A stretch of DNA of 64,000 nucleotides, taken from a virus. Positions 59,529-64,000 of this stretch are shown in pieces (the stretch's first letter is position 1; each line of letters begins with the position of its first letter). Both the position numbers and the translations under genes were made by a program. The notes under the pieces were generated by a model. The model made no database searches and had not been told where the DNA came from. It worked only from the letters and a program-made list of their open reading frames with translations. Location of the stretch: the IMG/VR virus record IMGVR_UViG_3300044617_001255, positions 14,967-78,966 of that record; one strand, 5' to 3'.

Positions 59529-62075
59529 TCATGCGAATAAACTTTCTAAACTTGATTTTTCTTCGTGGTTCCAACCAATAACATTAAGAATTGAAGATAG
59601 GGGTTCGATAAAACTTTTCTCAAATTGAACTTTATAGTCCACGTAACTATGTAGTTCAAGTTCCTTTGGAAGAACCCCAGAAAAAGAAATTACATGTTCG
59701 TTGATCGTATTTGGTAATTTTAAATATATAAATTTAACTTTTTCACCATCCTTAATCAATGAATACTTCTTAGTGAGATCTTTCTCTTTGATAAAATGAT
59801 TATAAAGTAAAGCGCCCTTCACTGCGATTGGAGTAGATTTTCTATAAATGTTTGAAGCATCTGAATATTCTTTCAGAGAATTACAACTTCTTGGGAATGC
59901 AATATCTTCAGGAGTAGATTCATTAAATTCATTCTTAAAAGAATCAATAAAAGAAATTAAAGTTGATTCGTCCTTATTCAAAATAATATGAATGGCTTTC
60001 TTTAAAGCCTCACGAACAATTAATGGAGTAGACGATCTTGCTGTTTCTATACCCATTATTTTGATATCGGGCTCACTAAGAATAACATTATCTTCGCCCA
60101 TGTATACATTCAACATATATCTCTTCTTGGCGGTGAAGATTCCCTTATCAGAAATAGACTCTCTCTTCATATTCATCTTCTGATCGTATGCATTCATCAT
60201 TTTTGCCAACTGCTGATATTTCTTTTCGATGAATGGATTTATGACATCATTACATGCTTTATCAATCTTCTGGACAATTGTTTTTCTGTCTCCCTTGATG
60301 TGTTTTGCAATATTATCTAAACAGAGATAGACTGAATCTGTATCTGCAGCCAGAATGTAATCAATATCCTTGGTTTTTGCAATATCATTCAAAAATACAT
60401 TTAATTGCTTCTCAATCCAACGAATAGAAAGTTGCCCAGATATAGTGATTGCCTCTGCCAATTCAAGATCATAAAACCGGAAATATTCATTTCCGATTCC
60501 ACCAAAGGCAGAATTCAACTGAATCTTTCTTACAAGTTGGAAATTATAGTATTTGGATATGTCAAGTTCAAGTTTTTCTTTGTCTCTGAAAGATAGAGTA
60601 TCCTTTTCCTCCTTAAGACGCTTCTTACATTCCAACATCTTTTTCTTGTACATCTTTCGCTCTTCATACATTCTTTCCATGAGTGCAGGAAGAAATCCTT
60701 GTTTGTCTCTGTGAAATGTAATTCCATTTGCTGCGATAGATTGATTATTTTCCTTTACTGAATTTAAAATTGCAAATGCCTCTGGACTATCAGACAAAAT
60801 CATGTCTGGAGATAGTAGATTTCTCTTACCAAATAATGTTTTAGTCTCCGGAGAAATATTATACTGCATTATGAGATGAGGATATAGAGAGTCCAAGTCA
60901 AACGAGACTATCCAGTTGTGCATTCCTACTTGGGGTTCTTTGACATATGCACCCTGAAATTGATCTTCCTTTTCCTTGAATTCCTTCATCGGAATCACAA
61001 TGTTTTTCTCATTCAAATGATGATAAATGATAGAATCCCAAGTCTTTACTTGAGAGAAAACATCATTAAAATTGACCTTTGCACTATACGCAAGTGCAAC
61101 AGCCAATTCAAGTAACTTTAACTTGTCTTCCAACTTAACTACAAGCAAAACGTCCTTGACATTGTATTGAATGAACTTCTGGAAATCTCTAGTATAGAGA
61201 TCCTGTATACCATCAAATCCTTCAAATGTTTCTTTTCTTTCATTTAATTCAACAAATGCAATATGATCTAATTTGTAAGATTCTCTGTTGACAAATGTAA
61301 ATTTTCGATACAAATCAAAATAATCTAGAGATGCTATGCCAACAAGATCATAGCAAATCTGATCTCTATTCATAATTCGCACAATACGAGATTTTACAGA
61401 TGACCAAGGCGATAATCCTTTAGATTCTCCCTCCCCAAGAAGTTTTTCAATTCTGTGAATAAGATATGGAATATCAAAAAACTGAATGTTCCATCCAGTT
61501 ACGATATCAAAATCCTGCTGCTTCCAAAATGCAATAAAGTCAGAAAGCATGGCATTCTCATCATCATACTCAAAACATGTATGATTTTTATGCAATGGCT
61601 TGAAAGATCCCAACCCAAACGTATAGAAATGCTCTTGGTTGTCTTTTATTGTTCTGACGGTAATTACATTTATTTCTTGATTAGCATCTGCAACTGAAGG
61701 AAATCCATCCTCACATTTAGTCTCAATGTCAAGATATGCAATTTTTAAAATTGAAGCGTCATATTCAATTTCATTTGGAAACCCATCTGCTATAAATTGT
61801 GCTGAATAGTTATCATTTCCATAAATTTTAAAGTTATCAATTTGTGAATATTGATCTATGAATTCTCTGCATTCATTTATGGAACCTGGTTGAAATGGTT
61901 CTACAAATTTACCGTCTAAAGTCAAATATTCTGTTTGATTTTGTGTAGGAACATAGAATGTTGGACGAAAGCGAATCTCTTTCTTGATTCTCTTCCAGTT
62001 ACCATTCTGCAATGAATAACCCCTGTAGAGGACTTTTTCACCTCTTACAGAAATATGTGAATAAAATTCAGTCAT
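59529..62075 (-). CDS. gp43: family B DNA polymerase (T4 gp43-like)
   Basis: Exo DIET, GWN...FD, YNVKD; Pol SFDLDSLYP, KIQLNSAFG, DTDS, KKRY. Confidence 0.97.
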   Translation of the reverse strand: MTEFYSHISVRGEKVLYRGYSLQNGNWKRIKKEIRFRPTFYVPTQNQTEYLTLDGKFVEPFQPGSINECREFIDQYSQIDNFKIYGNDNYSAQFIADGFPNEIEYDASILKIAYLDIETKCEDGFPSVADANQEINVITVRTIKDNQEHFYTFGLGSFKPLHKNHTCFEYDDENAMLSDFIAFWKQQDFDIVTGWNIQFFDIPYLIHRIEKLLGEGESKGLSPWSSVKSRIVRIMNRDQICYDLVGIASLDYFDLYRKFTFVNRESYKLDHIAFVELNERKETFEGFDGIQDLYTRDFQKFIQYNVKDVLLVVKLEDKLKLLELAVALAYSAKVNFNDVFSQVKTWDSIIYHHLNEKNIVIPMKEFKEKEDQFQGAYVKEPQVGMHNWIVSFDLDSLYPHLIMQYNISPETKTLFGKRNLLSPDMILSDSPEAFAILNSVKENNQSIAANGITFHRDKQGFLPALMERMYEERKMYKKKMLECKKRLKEEKDTLSFRDKEKLELDISKYYNFQLVRKIQLNSAFGGIGNEYFRFYDLELAEAITISGQLSIRWIEKQLNVFLNDIAKTKDIDYILAADTDSVYLCLDNIAKHIKGDRKTIVQKIDKACNDVINPFIEKKYQQLAKMMNAYDQKMNMKRESISDKGIFTAKKRYMLNVYMGEDNVILSEPDIKIMGIETARSSTPLIVREALKKAIHIILNKDESTLISFIDSFKNEFNESTPEDIAFPRSCNSLKEYSDASNIYRKSTPIAVKGALLYNHFIKEKDLTKKYSLIKDGEKVKFIYLKLPNTINEHVISFSGVLPKELELHSYVDYKVQFEKSFIEPLSSILNVIGWNHEEKSSLESLFA

Positions 62076-62487
62076 TCTTTAGATCGTTCATTAGGGCTTC
62101 ATCAATTGTTAATGACATCTTATTAAGATGCTTCTCAATAAGAAGAACCTTACTATTGTTCTGATTTTTATTATTTTCCTTATCCTTTCGATAAGCATAA
62201 ATCAAAACAGCGTAATTAACAATATCTACAATTGTATCCTCAAAACTCTCATCCTTCACATGAAGAGTTTCAGACTCAAAAAAGGAACTCAATCGTGAAA
62301 GCTTGTCTGTCATGCGAACAAGCATTCCTTTTTCTGTTGAGCAAATACCCATGGATTCTACTCTTGTAAAATTTGCAAATGGCTCTAGACCATCATTCCC
62401 TGCATAATCACGATTTTTCTTATCCATCAGATCTCTAGCCCGTTGGCAAACTTCACCATGCATATTCAAAAGTTCATCACGTTTCAT
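62068..62487 (-). CDS. DUF1599/nucleotide-modification-associated all-alpha protein
   Basis: KKNRDYA, PFANF, VRMTDKLSRL, DTIVDIVNY. Confidence 0.7.
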   Translation of the reverse strand: MKRDELLNMHGEVCQRARDLMDKKNRDYAGNDGLEPFANFTRVESMGICSTEKGMLVRMTDKLSRLSSFFESETLHVKDESFEDTIVDIVNYAVLIYAYRKDKENNKNQNNSKVLLIEKHLNKMSLTIDEALMNDLKND

Positions 62488-62488
62488 A

Positions 62489-62986
62489 TTATTCTCCAGT
62501 TGAGCCAAATCCTCCGACACGATCGGTTTTTATGGCAGGTACAGTATACCTCTCTTCTATTGAATAGTCAAGAGATTTCACCAACTCTCCTTGGCAAATT
62601 CTATCGCCATGTTTAAACATGTAATCATTTGTTCCAAAATTAGTTATGATTGCTTTTATTTCATGAACATAATCAGAATCGATTATGCCTTCAGCATTTG
62701 TAAATCCTATGCCATGCTTTAATGCAAGTCCTGAGCGTGGATGAAGTCTTACAGAGTAACCGGTTGGAATATCAAAAATTAATCCTGTTGGAATTGCAAC
62801 TCGTTCTCCTGGTTGGAGAGTTAGATTTTCTTCTTCACCGGAAAAAGAGTGAACCCTTTCATAATTACCATATACTTTTATATTACTTGCATGTCTTAGA
62901 CATGCATATATGTCAAAACATGCAGATTCTTTTGTAGCAAATGTTGGAATTATTGCAAATGAACTACAACGATATATTTTTAGCAT
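62489..62986 (-). CDS. dut: trimeric dUTPase
   Basis: SACFD, IPTGL, PRSGLA, GIIDSDY, GDRICQ, RVGGFGSTG. Confidence 0.95.
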   Translation of the reverse strand: MLKIYRCSSFAIIPTFATKESACFDIYACLRHASNIKVYGNYERVHSFSGEEENLTLQPGERVAIPTGLIFDIPTGYSVRLHPRSGLALKHGIGFTNAEGIIDSDYVHEIKAIITNFGTNDYMFKHGDRICQGELVKSLDYSIEERYTVPAIKTDRVGGFGSTGE

Positions 62987-63019
62987 TATAAAGATCCTTT
63001 CACGAAAGTATATAGCAGA

Positions 63020-64000
63020 CTATGCGTAACTGAATGACATGAAATACGTGCTTGCGGCTATTCTTACTATTTCTATTCTGATTCCTACTCCTGTAATACC
63101 TGTTCCAGTTGGTGACCAAGTACTTCCATTTATTATTCCAACACCATTTGCAGTTGCAAATGTCAATTTCCTAGTTGTGTTCATTAATATTGTTAATCTA
63201 TAACCAGCACTAAAATCTGCATTGATTGTGTAAGTTGCTGCTTGTGTAGCTTCATGTACTATCACAGTTCCATTATCTGACTCTTGAAGAGTATAAGTTG
63301 TAGATGTTCTGACAGTTATAGTTGGAGCAGAAACTGTTCCTGTTGCACCAGTTGCTCCAATAGAACCAGAAGATCCTGCTGGACCAGTAGCACCAGTGGT
63401 TCCTTGAAGACCAGTAGCACCTGTTGCTCCTAAACCAGTGGCACCAGTTGTTCCTTGAACACCTTGAGATCCTGTAGCACCAGTAGATCCCCTATCTCCA
63501 GTTCTACTAAACAATAAAACATATTCAGAACTATTAGTTGGCTGTGTATTACCAGAAATATGAGTTACATTTATATCAACATAACCTTCTAGAGAATTAT
63601 TTGTTAATCCTGTTATAGCAAATATATTAACAAAACTAGTTGTACTAGAAGATGATAAAACAGTTAAATATCCCTTTATTGTTGAATTTGAGTCATCCCA
63701 AGTATTTAAATATGCTGATATGTCTAAAGAATTTATAGTACTATGAGATACAGTTACTAAAGTTGTAGTAGATGGTGTGTTGTTATCATAAAGAAAAGAA
63801 CCAGAAGATATAAGAGTAGTACTGAATTGATAAAGAGGACCACCTAATTTACCTTGAATACCTGTGGCACCTGTAGTTCCTTGTATACCAGTAGCACCTG
63901 TGGCACCTGTGGTTCCTTGAACACCTTGAGATCCTGTAGCACCTGTTGTTCCTTGAACACCCTGAGAACCAGTGGCACCAGTAGCACCTGTTGTTCCTTG
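63020..64000 (-). CDS. collagen-like fibre protein (5' end beyond window)
   Basis: Frame open to the window edge; GAT/GTT/GVQ triplets. Confidence 0.8.
   Translation of the reverse strand, partial: QGTTGATGATGSQGVQGTTGATGSQGVQGTTGATGATGIQGTTGATGIQGKLGGPLYQFSTTLISSGSFLYDNNTPSTTTLVTVSHSTINSLDISAYLNTWDDSNSTIKGYLTVLSSSSTTSFVNIFAITGLTNNSLEGYVDINVTHISGNTQPTNSSEYVLLFSRTGDRGSTGATGSQGVQGTTGATGLGATGATGLQGTTGATGPAGSSGSIGATGATGTVSAPTITVRTSTTYTLQESDNGTVIVHEATQAATYTINADFSAGYRLTILMNTTRKLTFATANGVGIINGSTWSPTGTGITGVGIRIEIVRIAASTYFMSFSYA

Noticed and set aside
1-64000. tRNA genes, introns/inteins, or stop-codon recoding
   Set aside because: No cloverleaf recognised by eye, and core genes (gp43, gp41, gp61, nrdJ, thyX) are full-length and uninterrupted in the standard code.

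Overview
This is a segment of a large T4-like myophage genome. The right third carries the T4-type replication block on the minus strand (gp43 DNA polymerase, UvsX, gp41 helicase, gp61 primase), plus ThyX, dUTPase, a class II ribonucleotide reductase and a RuvC-like resolvase. It also carries collagen-like fibre genes, an RCC1-repeat protein and a sulfotransferase/glycosyltransferase fusion. The middle and left ends are AT-rich late regions with TATAAATA late promoters, a PAAR protein, a subtilisin, a lysozyme, Hsp20, a SET-domain protein and many proteins with T4-like capsid-targeting N-termini (MKTFKQ..E). Between about 7.5 and 21 kb lies a much more GC-rich early/accessory island with its own regulatory grammar. 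It has 13 near-consensus sigma70 promoters (mostly TTGACA-N16-TAYAAT-N6-ATG) that would give leaderless mRNAs, a repeated AATTTCACA(T/A)AT box, and CCWGG sites concentrated in intergenic DNA. Most notably, it has five dispersed 61-78 nt palindromic elements with invariant TGTTGACAGCG...CGCTGTCAACA ends, an inner stem that differs between copies yet stays complementary, and strand-specific tandem-GA/GAA-loop interiors. That hairpin family is my best candidate for an undescribed system. All calls come from reading motifs by eye; no searches were run, and GC values are visual estimates.
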